DNA of 58,670 bases from Bacteroidales bacterium (GTDB taxonomy: Bacteria > Bacteroidota > Bacteroidia > Bacteroidales > CG2-30-32-10), in assembly GCA_050013795.1 (NCBI GenBank), contig JBEKEO010000001.1, forward strand, positions 1 to 58,670, read 5' to 3'. The position numbers and the translations under genes are program-made. Every line of letters begins with the position of its first letter. Within the stretch, counting starts at the first letter, position 1. Shown piece by piece: positions 28,509 through 36,374 of this stretch. The notes beneath the pieces are model-generated. The model was not told the origin of the DNA. It worked only from the letters and a program-made list of their open reading frames with translations, and searched no databases.

Positions 28509-29033
28509 ATGAAATATTTTTTTGTTCTGGCAGTTAGCACCTTTATTTTAAGCTCATGCACTTATATCAAAGATATGCAAGTTGTGTGCAGGAATAAGAA
28601 TGGGATAACTGCTATTAACACATCAGGCGTTCCGGCACTGGTATTGCAGTCGTTCAAAGATACATATCCTTCTGTTTCAAATGAAAAATGGTTTGAACTC
28701 AACAGCCATACCTTTGCTTCTATTCAAAAAAAAGAAATGCATTTATTTGATAGTGATGGCAAAAAGTTCCAGGATGTTAAAACCGATACTATTCCCTATG
28801 GTGTTTTAAAATTGTTCACTGCAAAATATCCCGGCATTTTATACAGGAGGTGTTACAAAATTGCAAGATACTCTTTTGCCGTTCTTTTCGATAAAGATAA
28901 TAGCCCTAACCTTATATTTTATCATTACCGTAGCACGGGTATTGACGAAGAACACGACTACGGGGATAGTCCTGATGTTAACATGGACAACCAGGACCTC
29001 TGGTGGGATAACGACAAGGTTGACGAAAAGTAA
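28509..29033 (+). CDS. Lipoprotein with PepSY-like (BLIP-like) repeats
   Basis: Signal/lipobox MKYFFVLAVSTFILSSC. Two P..VL..F...YP segments (LVLQSFKDTYPSV, GVLKLFTAKYPG) are typical of PepSY-like beta-lactamase-inhibitor-like domains. Confidence 0.6.
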   Translation: MKYFFVLAVSTFILSSCTYIKDMQVVCRNKNGITAINTSGVPALVLQSFKDTYPSVSNEKWFELNSHTFASIQKKEMHLFDSDGKKFQDVKTDTIPYGVLKLFTAKYPGILYRRCYKIARYSFAVLFDKDNSPNLIFYHYRSTGIDEEHDYGDSPDVNMDNQDLWWDNDKVDEK

Positions 29034-29093
29034 TATTAATCGAATTCTCGCATAATTCTATTATCACTTTTGCATAAGCAAAAGCATCTTATT

Positions 29094-29540
29094 CTAAGAA
29101 GAATGCGGATAAATATCCATATCAAATATCTTAGAAATCTTAGTTTCATTAAATCCCAGTCGAAGGTAAAATTCGTGTGTTCTTGTTCTGGTAACGTTGC
29201 ATCTGACGCGTAGTTTATTAATACGTTTCCCTTTGCACCAGGATTTGACTTCATCCACCAGCTGTGCGCCAATGCCTTGCCCGCGATAACGTTCATCAAC
29301 CACCAAACCGCTTATCTCATAAAATGGCGACGATTCAATACGTGCAGATAGCATAACATGTATCCATCCTATTATTTCATTATTATGGACAGCGACAAAA
29401 CCACGATTATCAGGAAATTCTTTTAGCAGCAGCATGCGTTTGTTTGTTTCTTCTTCTGTAGAAGGATAACCAAACTGACCTGAAAGCTTTGCCACGCTTC
29501 CTGCATCTTCAACCCTCATTTCCCTGATGTTTATTTCCAT
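29094..29540 (-). CDS. GNAT family N-acetyltransferase
   Basis: The acetyl-CoA motif VVDERYRGQGIGAQLVDEV fits Q/RxxGxG/A. The length is 148 aa. Confidence 0.85.
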   Translation of the reverse strand: MEINIREMRVEDAGSVAKLSGQFGYPSTEEETNKRMLLLKEFPDNRGFVAVHNNEIIGWIHVMLSARIESSPFYEISGLVVDERYRGQGIGAQLVDEVKSWCKGKRINKLRVRCNVTRTRTHEFYLRLGFNETKISKIFDMDIYPHSS

Positions 29541-29571
29541 TATAAAAAAAATATTCTTTTAAAACATTTAT

Positions 29572-29631
29572 TTACTCTTTCACAAACTTCCTCACAGTAT
29601 AGTCGGGAGTTATGAGTTGGGAGTCGGGAGA
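29572..29631 (-). pseudogene. Remnant of a T9SS C-terminal tail (...LITPDYTVRKFVKE*)
   Basis: The reverse-strand translation ends FVKE-stop, like the intact gene next door. About 45 nt are near-identical to the copy at 30943-31000. Confidence 0.6.
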
Positions 29632-29667
29632 TTCTTGTTTTACTCCTAACTCCGTACTCCTGACTCA

Positions 29668-30903
29668 CTACTCCTTCACAAACTTCCTCACCCCTACTCC
29701 ATTTTCTGTTTTCATTTCCACTATATATACTCCAATTGGAAATGCTGAAACATCTATGTTTGTTTTATTGCCTGTTGTTGCAAGGGTTTTTATTAGTTGG
29801 CCTTGGATGTTTGTTATTTCTATTAGTGCCGCTTGCCTACTGCCACTGCCTACTTCTTCTTGTGGGCTTTCTATTGTTAAATTTTCGGTGGCAGGGTTAG
29901 GATAAACAGAAACGCTTTCTGAAACTATATTCAGCGAAGCAATACCGATTGGTTGATATGTGGAAATAAAATTACCAAATGAAGCCGGATCATAACCAAC
30001 TGCAATAGTATCCGAAATGATATTGGTAGTTGCGTTTATTACATATACGTTATTATCGCCACTATTCACAACATATATATTGCTTCCGTCGGGGCTTAAA
30101 GATACACCTCCGGGATTATTACCAACTAAAATTGTATCCAAAACAGTATTGGTGGCTGTGGTTATCACATTTACTGTATTATCGCCAGCATTCGAAACAT
30201 ATATGGTACTTCCATCAGGGCTCACAGTTATACCCCAGGGATATGAACCAACTGCAATTGTGGCTGAAACAGTATTGCCGGAGCTGTTTATCACACTTAT
30301 TGTATTATCTTCATAATTCGTAACATATACTTTGCTCCCGTCGGGACTTACAGTTAAACCGGCAGGTTCGGTACCAACCGTAATTGTAGCCGAAACAGTA
30401 TTGCTAGAGGCGTTTATTACACTTACTGTATTATCCTGTTCGTTCGCAACATATACTTTGTTTCCGTCGGGGCTGACAGCTGTTCCCATTGGCATAGAGC
30501 CAACCGTAATTGTAGCCGAAACAGTATTGGTAGCCGTGCTTATCACACTTATTGTGTTGGTGCCACTATTCGCGACATATACTTTGCTTCCGCCGGGATT
30601 TACAGCTATACCTATAGGAGCAGCACCAACAGTAATTGTAGCCATAACAGTATCCGCAGCGGTGTTTATTACACTTGCCGTACCGTCGCCTTCATTCGTG
30701 ACATATACTTTTTTCCCGTCGGAACTGACAGATACGCCCCAGGGCTCAGTACCAACAGTAATTGTAGCCGAAACAGTATCGGCAGCAATATTAATAACAG
30801 ATACGTTGTTATTGGCCCAATTTGTTATATAGGCAGTTTGTGCATTTGCGCTCAAGCCAATAATGGCGAACATGATTGCTAATAATGTAGTTTTTGTTTT
30901 CAT
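29668..30903 (-). CDS. YVTN-family beta-propeller repeat protein with T9SS C-terminal sorting domain
   Basis: Signal peptide ...SANAQTAYIT. About eight ~41-aa repeats have the form (V.V.PDGSKVYVTN..DNTVSVI...TNTV.ATI.VG). The T9SS tail is VSVYPNPATENL...GVYIVEMKTENGVGVRKFVKE. Confidence 0.88.
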   Translation of the reverse strand: MKTKTTLLAIMFAIIGLSANAQTAYITNWANNNVSVINIAADTVSATITVGTEPWGVSVSSDGKKVYVTNEGDGTASVINTAADTVMATITVGAAPIGIAVNPGGSKVYVANSGTNTISVISTATNTVSATITVGSMPMGTAVSPDGNKVYVANEQDNTVSVINASSNTVSATITVGTEPAGLTVSPDGSKVYVTNYEDNTISVINSSGNTVSATIAVGSYPWGITVSPDGSTIYVSNAGDNTVNVITTATNTVLDTILVGNNPGGVSLSPDGSNIYVVNSGDNNVYVINATTNIISDTIAVGYDPASFGNFISTYQPIGIASLNIVSESVSVYPNPATENLTIESPQEEVGSGSRQAALIEITNIQGQLIKTLATTGNKTNIDVSAFPIGVYIVEMKTENGVGVRKFVKE

Positions 30904-30942
30904 GTTTTTAATTGTTTAATGGTTAAATTATTTAATTGTTCT

Positions 30943-31000
30943 TTATTCCTTCACAAACTTCTTCACAGTATTGCCGGGAGTTATGAGTTGGGAGATTCTT
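30943..31000 (-). pseudogene. Second remnant of a T9SS C-terminal tail (...LITPGNTVKKFVKE*)
   Basis: It is a direct repeat of 29572-29631 (ttcacaaacttcYtcacagtatWgYcgggagttatgagttgggag), located immediately upstream of the intact YVTN gene. Confidence 0.6.
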
Positions 31001-31310
31001 ATTTAATTCATTGATTGCCGCTGCTTACTGTAAAATGTGTTCTTTTATCCCGTTAGTTTAATCTGCAAAGTTACTGCAAAACATGTGATAATTCAAGAGT
31101 TGGATTTTACTGAGGTGTTTTGTTTAACCGTGAGTTATTTCAGATACTCCTATTGCTGAATTGGGATTGAAGAAAAATAAAGTTGAAGAATTTCGAATGC
31201 TGTATTTAACAGATGATGGAGATGAAATCTAAACCAAACGGTGTTGAGTTATTAAATACCTACTGTTAGTTTTATTTTAAATTGATTTGTTCGGTATAAT
31301 TTAATTTTAT

Positions 31311-31318
31311 TAAATTTG
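31311..31318 (+). promoter_or_regulatory. -7 promoter box TAAATTTG for the three-gene operon
   Basis: Exact TAnnTTTG match, 17 nt before the TTG start at 31335. Confidence 0.45.
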
Positions 31319-31334
31319 TTTTAAATTAACTGTC

Positions 31335-32213
31335 TTGGCTACTGCAACAATAAATATTAACCTTCTAAGAAGCTACGCTAATATTCTTTCTAATTCTACA
31401 TTTGAAAAGGTTGTACGCAAGAAAGATCATAAATATATTGATTATAAATTAAAGAAATATGATAAATCACTAATAAATAAGAGACCGCTTACATACAAAG
31501 AATACTTTCATCATGTACACCACACATTAAAAAACCATTACAGGAACGAATATTATTACAAGAACCTTATAATCGAAAAAATTCTTTTAGGTGAATATAA
31601 CTTAAAATCAACGACAGCAATAAATGAATTTCGAATTAACAAATCTATAGCTGATCTAGTTTTAATTAACGGGTCAAGCAAGGTATTTGAAATAAAAACT
31701 GAGTTAGATAAGCCTGACAGAATATTAAATCAAATTAATGACTATAAAAAAATCTTTAAGGAAATTTTTATTGTTACCCACTATTCTTTGAAAGAAAAAT
31801 ATCTGAATATAGTAGATAACAGCATAGGATTAATAATTCTGACGGCTGATAGTAAACTAAAAACAATCCGAGAGCCAAAGAAAAACAAAGTGTTTGATCA
31901 CACTTGTATTATGAAAAGTTTAAGGAAATCCGAATATACAAGTATTATTAAATCATATTATGGATATTTACCTGACTGCACTGATTTCCGATATTTCAAG
32001 ACTTGTATGAACCTATTCATGCAAATCCCATCTGAAAGAATTCACGATTTAGTGATATATGAATTGAAGAAAAGAACGGTTAAAGAAAAAGAAATTTTAT
32101 CATCCAAAATTGTTCCAGGCGAATTAAAACATATTTGTTTATGTCTTGATTTTAACAAACCTGAATATTCATATTTTGAAAAGTTTCTAAACAAAAAAAT
32201 CAAAATAAATTAA
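31335..32213 (+). CDS. PD-(D/E)xK nuclease-fold protein, sce7726-family-like
   Basis: The motif is E(98)...IAD(107)LVLINGSSKVFE(119)IK(121)TELDKPDR. The only canonical start after the in-frame TAA at 31311 is the TTG at 31335. The next gene starts 1 bp after this one ends. Confidence 0.7.
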   Translation: MATATININLLRSYANILSNSTFEKVVRKKDHKYIDYKLKKYDKSLINKRPLTYKEYFHHVHHTLKNHYRNEYYYKNLIIEKILLGEYNLKSTTAINEFRINKSIADLVLINGSSKVFEIKTELDKPDRILNQINDYKKIFKEIFIVTHYSLKEKYLNIVDNSIGLIILTADSKLKTIREPKKNKVFDHTCIMKSLRKSEYTSIIKSYYGYLPDCTDFRYFKTCMNLFMQIPSERIHDLVIYELKKRTVKEKEILSSKIVPGELKHICLCLDFNKPEYSYFEKFLNKKIKIN

Positions 32214-32214
32214 T

Positions 32215-33150
32215 ATGTACTTTCCATATCTTCGTGGTAAACAGTTTGAACTGATAGCCCTACGGGAAATTTGTGATTTTATTGACAATGATGAAATAAT
32301 ATCACCAATTATTGAACCAGTTAAGGAAACTACGGTCACCTTAAAAAAGACCTTAGAATGTATGATTGAAAATGAAATGAATTTTAATCTAATTATCAAT
32401 CCACAGGTAGGAGATATCAAAAGTCCTGATGATATTCTGGAAATAATTGAAGAAGTTATTAATGATTACGAAAATTATCAGCCTACTTTTATTATTAATG
32501 GCAAATCAAATTATGATTATATTTTAAATATTATTGCCGAAAACGAATTTGAGAATATTTCAATTATTTGTTATGAAATTCCTAATAATGAAAATGATTT
32601 TTTTGATTTTATAAAGAAAATTGACATTAAATATATTATTATTAGTGAAGAGATCAATAGTAAAAGATTTTTACGGGAAATCAAAAAATTAGATGTGGAT
32701 AAGATTACATTATCTGATCAGTTTAATGTTCAGAGAAAAAATGCTGATTATCAAGAAAACGATGATGAATTTTTTAGTGATGAGCATCTTTTTTATGAAG
32801 AAGAAGGGTTTGTTGGGTTCTCAGATTACCTTACAATAGGAAAAGAATATACAGATGCTGGTTTCCTTCCATATGCTGTAGTTATACATCTTACCTATGT
32901 TAATTCTAAAGAAGAAATATGGGTAAGACATTTTGTATCCGATAGTAATGATGACACTACTGATGTCGCAGGAAAATTTAGTGAAGCATTAGAGAAACTT
33001 ATTGAATTTATTGAAGAAGAAGACATTCATACAATAGCATGTGAGGAATTTCGCGAATTACATGACCAAGAATCATATTCTGGATTAGGTAGTCTGAAAA
33101 AATTATCAATAATGCACCATATTGAATTGATGTATGACTTTCTAAATTAA
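32215..33150 (+). CDS. 'Beta protein'-family / sce7725-family-like protein
   Basis: The N-terminus MYFPYLRGKQFELIALRE matches my recollection of the Beta_protein/sce7725 signature. The middle is acidic. The gene is tightly coupled to both neighbours. Confidence 0.6.
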   Translation: MYFPYLRGKQFELIALREICDFIDNDEIISPIIEPVKETTVTLKKTLECMIENEMNFNLIINPQVGDIKSPDDILEIIEEVINDYENYQPTFIINGKSNYDYILNIIAENEFENISIICYEIPNNENDFFDFIKKIDIKYIIISEEINSKRFLREIKKLDVDKITLSDQFNVQRKNADYQENDDEFFSDEHLFYEEEGFVGFSDYLTIGKEYTDAGFLPYAVVIHLTYVNSKEEIWVRHFVSDSNDDTTDVAGKFSEALEKLIEFIEEEDIHTIACEEFRELHDQESYSGLGSLKKLSIMHHIELMYDFLN

Positions 33151-33158
33151 TTCTACTT

Positions 33159-34175
33159 ATGAGATGCTGTCCTGAATGTTTCAGGGATAATGAAGTCAAA
33201 GCATTATTCCGCGGTATAAAAACCACAAATGATTGTGATTATTGTGGCAGGAAGGCAATGCCTACATTAGAAACAGTTGAACTTGAAGAGACTTTCAAAC
33301 CATTGCTTAACATTTATGAAGTTAATAAAACATCCGCTATCCTATTATCAGAAAAGATTCAATTAGATTGGAATATATTCAATCTTACAGATGATATTAT
33401 TCAAAAATTCTTTAAAGATATTTTTCCTCATGCAACTATTGGAACTCCTGATATTTTAGTTAGAGGTGTTATTAATAAAGGGGAATTAAGTGGATCCTCT
33501 TCGCTATTATTATCTCAATGGAATTCATTTAAAGATGAGATAAAAAACCATAATAGATTTTTTGTCAAAAACAGTATAGATTTTGACTTTATTGAAGAAA
33601 TTATTATTGATCTTGCTCACGAATACCATGCTGGAAAAACACAATTTTTCAGGGGTCGTATATCTACAAATAAAGGGTGGGATATGAAAGATTTAAACAA
33701 ACCACCTGCTGATAAATCATCAGCCGGCAGGGCGAATCCTGTTGGAATTCCGTATTTATATGTGTCTCTGGACGAAGAAACTACATTATATGAAACGAGG
33801 GCTACATATCTTGATTTTGTTACAATTGGAACATTTGAATTAGTTGAAGACATAAAAATTGTTCGGTTCAGATCAATTCATGAAATGAGTCCATTTGTAA
33901 TGAATAATCTTGAAAAATATTCCGAATACCAAGGGTTTTTAGTTCAACTTGAAAAAGAATTATCAGAACCTTTACGCAGGTATGATTCAGAATTAGATTA
34001 TTTGCCAACTCAATATTTATGTGAATTTGTAAAGTCACAAGGATATGATGGGGTTGAATATGGTAGTGCAATGAATAAAGGAGGAATAAATTTAGCAATA
34101 TTTAATGACAATAAGTTAAAATGTGTCAGTAAAAAAGTTATAGAAATTAAAAATATAATTATTGATTATTGTTAA
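33159..34175 (+). CDS. Zinc-ribbon plus RES-domain protein (predicted NAD+-consuming toxin/effector)
   Basis: N-terminal zinc ribbon CPEC...(x25)...CDYC. The RES signature is FFRGR...AGRANPVGIPYLYVSLDEETTLYETRA...YLPTQYLCEFVKSQGYDGVEYGSAMNKGGINLAIFN, which contains the R, E and S positions. Confidence 0.8.
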   Translation: MRCCPECFRDNEVKALFRGIKTTNDCDYCGRKAMPTLETVELEETFKPLLNIYEVNKTSAILLSEKIQLDWNIFNLTDDIIQKFFKDIFPHATIGTPDILVRGVINKGELSGSSSLLLSQWNSFKDEIKNHNRFFVKNSIDFDFIEEIIIDLAHEYHAGKTQFFRGRISTNKGWDMKDLNKPPADKSSAGRANPVGIPYLYVSLDEETTLYETRATYLDFVTIGTFELVEDIKIVRFRSIHEMSPFVMNNLEKYSEYQGFLVQLEKELSEPLRRYDSELDYLPTQYLCEFVKSQGYDGVEYGSAMNKGGINLAIFNDNKLKCVSKKVIEIKNIIIDYC

Positions 34176-34268
34176 AAAATAATTGTGAATTATAGTAATT
34201 TTTATTTGTAACCAAAATTTCCTCTATTCCGGTCACCATTATTTCCTTAACCCCTAATCCTTTTTTGC

Positions 34269-34297
34269 ATTGCTTTTTTAAGCAATTATTGTGTTTT
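34269..34297 (+). terminator. Weak candidate terminator for the three-gene operon
   Basis: 7-bp stem attgctt/aagcaat with a tttt loop, then a T-rich tract. Confidence 0.3.
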
Positions 34298-34350
34298 CAC
34301 ATCATGGTAAAGATTGTAACCCTTCCCTGCAATTTCCATAGCAAAAGCAT

Positions 34351-34381
34351 AAAAAAGCCCCGCCATTTAAGGCAGAGCTTT
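34351..34381 (-). terminator. Rho-independent terminator for the 34448-35188 gene
   Basis: On the minus strand, agctctgcc-ttaaat-ggcggggct (with G-U pairs) is followed by TTTTTT. Confidence 0.55.
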
Positions 34382-34447
34382 CAGCCATGAAACCAACAAT
34401 TAACCACTACTGCACTTCCGCCTGCATTAGTATATCGTTATGCGCCT

Positions 34448-35188
34448 TTAATTAATAATGCTGCTTGCCACAGGACTTTGAGATGCAGGCTTTTTTGTTT
34501 TCTTGTCAACATAAACTGCTACATAATATTCTGTTTTACCTGCATTTGCAGTAAAAGCGTTAACAAATTTCCCCCTGCTTGCCTCGCCCAGGTAACCGCC
34601 GCCCAAAGCTATTAATGCGGCGAGGTCGGCTATTACCAAACCTGCTGCGCCCGTATATCCGTAAACATCAACACGTAACATACCTTTTGGCACCCTGCGT
34701 TTTCCTGTAATATTATTATGAATATGCAAAGTATGTACGTCGTGAGTGTTTACATTTATTTCCACTATAACCGGGTGACTGGAAAGCACTATTCCTTTTT
34801 CAGTAGCCACAGTTGTAGTGATGTGTCCGCTGTCAATGTTTTTAATTCCATAACCCAGTAATTTAGCTTTAGAAGCATCGCCTCCAATAGCTACCTGTGT
34901 CTGGCTGCGCCATTGGTCAACAAAAATATCGTTAATAGCGCTGCCGTTTTTGTGTATGTTTTCGGTAACCTGCTTCATCTGTTCCATAAGCGCATCTCTT
35001 TCGTTGTAATAATTATTCTGAGTGGTGATCATACCAAGAACAGTTGCAGGTGTAGGAGTCAGCCCCGGAACCAGGGTTGGATTAGCCTGATGTGCGTTAG
35101 CAATATCAGTTTGTTTCTTTGCCTTAGCGGCTTCACTTAAGCCATAAAAGCTTAAAATGAGGATCAGTTTTTTAATTAGTTTTCCCAT
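34448..35188 (-). CDS. Hypothetical secreted protein
   Basis: 246-aa ORF with an N-terminal hydrophobic signal (LILILSFYGLSEA). I recognise no family. Confidence 0.6.
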   Translation of the reverse strand: MGKLIKKLILILSFYGLSEAAKAKKQTDIANAHQANPTLVPGLTPTPATVLGMITTQNNYYNERDALMEQMKQVTENIHKNGSAINDIFVDQWRSQTQVAIGGDASKAKLLGYGIKNIDSGHITTTVATEKGIVLSSHPVIVEINVNTHDVHTLHIHNNITGKRRVPKGMLRVDVYGYTGAAGLVIADLAALIALGGGYLGEASRGKFVNAFTANAGKTEYYVAVYVDKKTKKPASQSPVASSIIN

Positions 35189-35280
35189 AATTTTTATTTT
35201 TTAAATTGTTTGTTATTAGATTTAAGTTGTTTGAATATAGTAGTAAGATATTATTATTAACATAAGTGTTTTCGGGCTTT

Positions 35281-35595
35281 ACATTTGCCCTGAATGTAAC
35301 AACATTTGCCCTGAATGTAACAACATTTGCCCCGAATGTATCAACATTTGCCACTTTTGAACGCTCGTAAACCATACATGTAACAACATTTGTTCTGAAT
35401 GTATCAACATTTGCCCTGAATGGTTCAACTTTTGCCACTTCTGAACGCTCGTAAATCATACATGTAACAACATTTATTCTGAATGTATCAACATTTGCCA
35501 TAAATGTATCGTCATTTGCCACCTCTGAACGCTCGAAGATCATTTATGTAGCTACATTTATTATTCATGGTTCAACATTTATGATGTATGTAAAG
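35281..35595. repeat. Tandem array of 15 x 21 bp (unit ACATTTGCCCTGAATGTAACA) with an 84-bp super-period
   Basis: Units were counted from 35281 in exact 21-bp phase. The segment ttgccacYtYtgaacgctcg recurs at 35348, 35432 and 35516, which is 84-bp spacing. Confidence 0.92.
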
Positions 35596-35794
35596 GCAGT
35601 TATCATTTCTGAAAGCGACATTAACACTTTGTAACATCATGCAATCACTATGTTGTTTGCAGTCGTAAAACACCTTTTTCAATACTTCAAAGAACGATTC
35701 TCTGATACAAAATTACAACACGCGAACAGCTGAATTCCACTATTTTTCACCTGTGGTACGCTTTTTTCACCTGTGGTACATTTTAGGTGAAAAT

Positions 35795-36163
35795 CTACTG
35801 AAATTTCTGCCTTAAAATTTTATCATAAAGTTCTGTAACCTCTTTTTTGTATTGGCGCGCTACAGGAATTTCTTCTTCATTAACAAGCTGCAATATCATA
35901 TTCCTGTTGCGGAAAATGATACAGTTTATGCAATAAAGATTTACAATATAGGATTTGTGACAACGGCAGAAATGTTCATTGTCCAGTTGTTGTTCTATGA
36001 TGCAGATGCGGAAACCCGGTCTTTCAGGGTCATGGCCTTTGAAGTAAATAATAGTATAGCTGCCTAATGCCCTGCAATAAAGAATGAGGTCAGGGTGTGT
36101 TATAAAAAAAGCACGCCTGATGTGGTAGATCCTTTTACTTTTATTATGTCTTTTACGGCTCAT
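35795..36163 (-). CDS. Stand-alone LytTR-domain DNA-binding protein
   Basis: The pattern ...ILYCRALGSYTIIYF...FCRCHKSYIVNLYCI... is LytTR-like (F.R.H+SYIVN). It is 122 aa with no receiver or sensor domain. Confidence 0.7.
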   Translation of the reverse strand: MSRKRHNKSKRIYHIRRAFFITHPDLILYCRALGSYTIIYFKGHDPERPGFRICIIEQQLDNEHFCRCHKSYIVNLYCINCIIFRNRNMILQLVNEEEIPVARQYKKEVTELYDKILRQKFQ

Positions 36164-36374
36164 GTAACTATACCCGCTTTATTCACGGGACTTAAAAAGG
36201 TATAGATTATGTCATAGCAATAGAGTTTAGTTAAACATTATGTTCGCTTTTTACACGCCTGTGGCGCACCAAAATCATTAACGGATTTATTATCGAAATA
36301 TTGTATAAACTGAAGAAAAAATTATTCAGTTCATATATCAGCCAAATTGAATAATTTTACACAAATTTATTGCA

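Noticed and set aside
30017-30832. Three 97-166-aa ORFs antisense to the YVTN gene, with similar antisense ORFs at 49096-49480.
   Set aside because: They are antisense to a strongly supported repeat protein. Their products are low-complexity (L/V/T/P-rich) mirror images of the repeats, which is a typical open-antisense artefact.
31134-31232. A 32-codon open frame (VISDTPIAELGLKKNKVEEFRMLYLTDDGDEI*) upstream of the three-gene operon, considered as a possible small antitoxin or regulator gene.
   Set aside because: An in-frame TGA lies immediately upstream and there is no ATG/GTG/TTG start except near the very end. It is more likely a relic of a lost gene than a functional small ORF. It is kept only as context for the islet finding.
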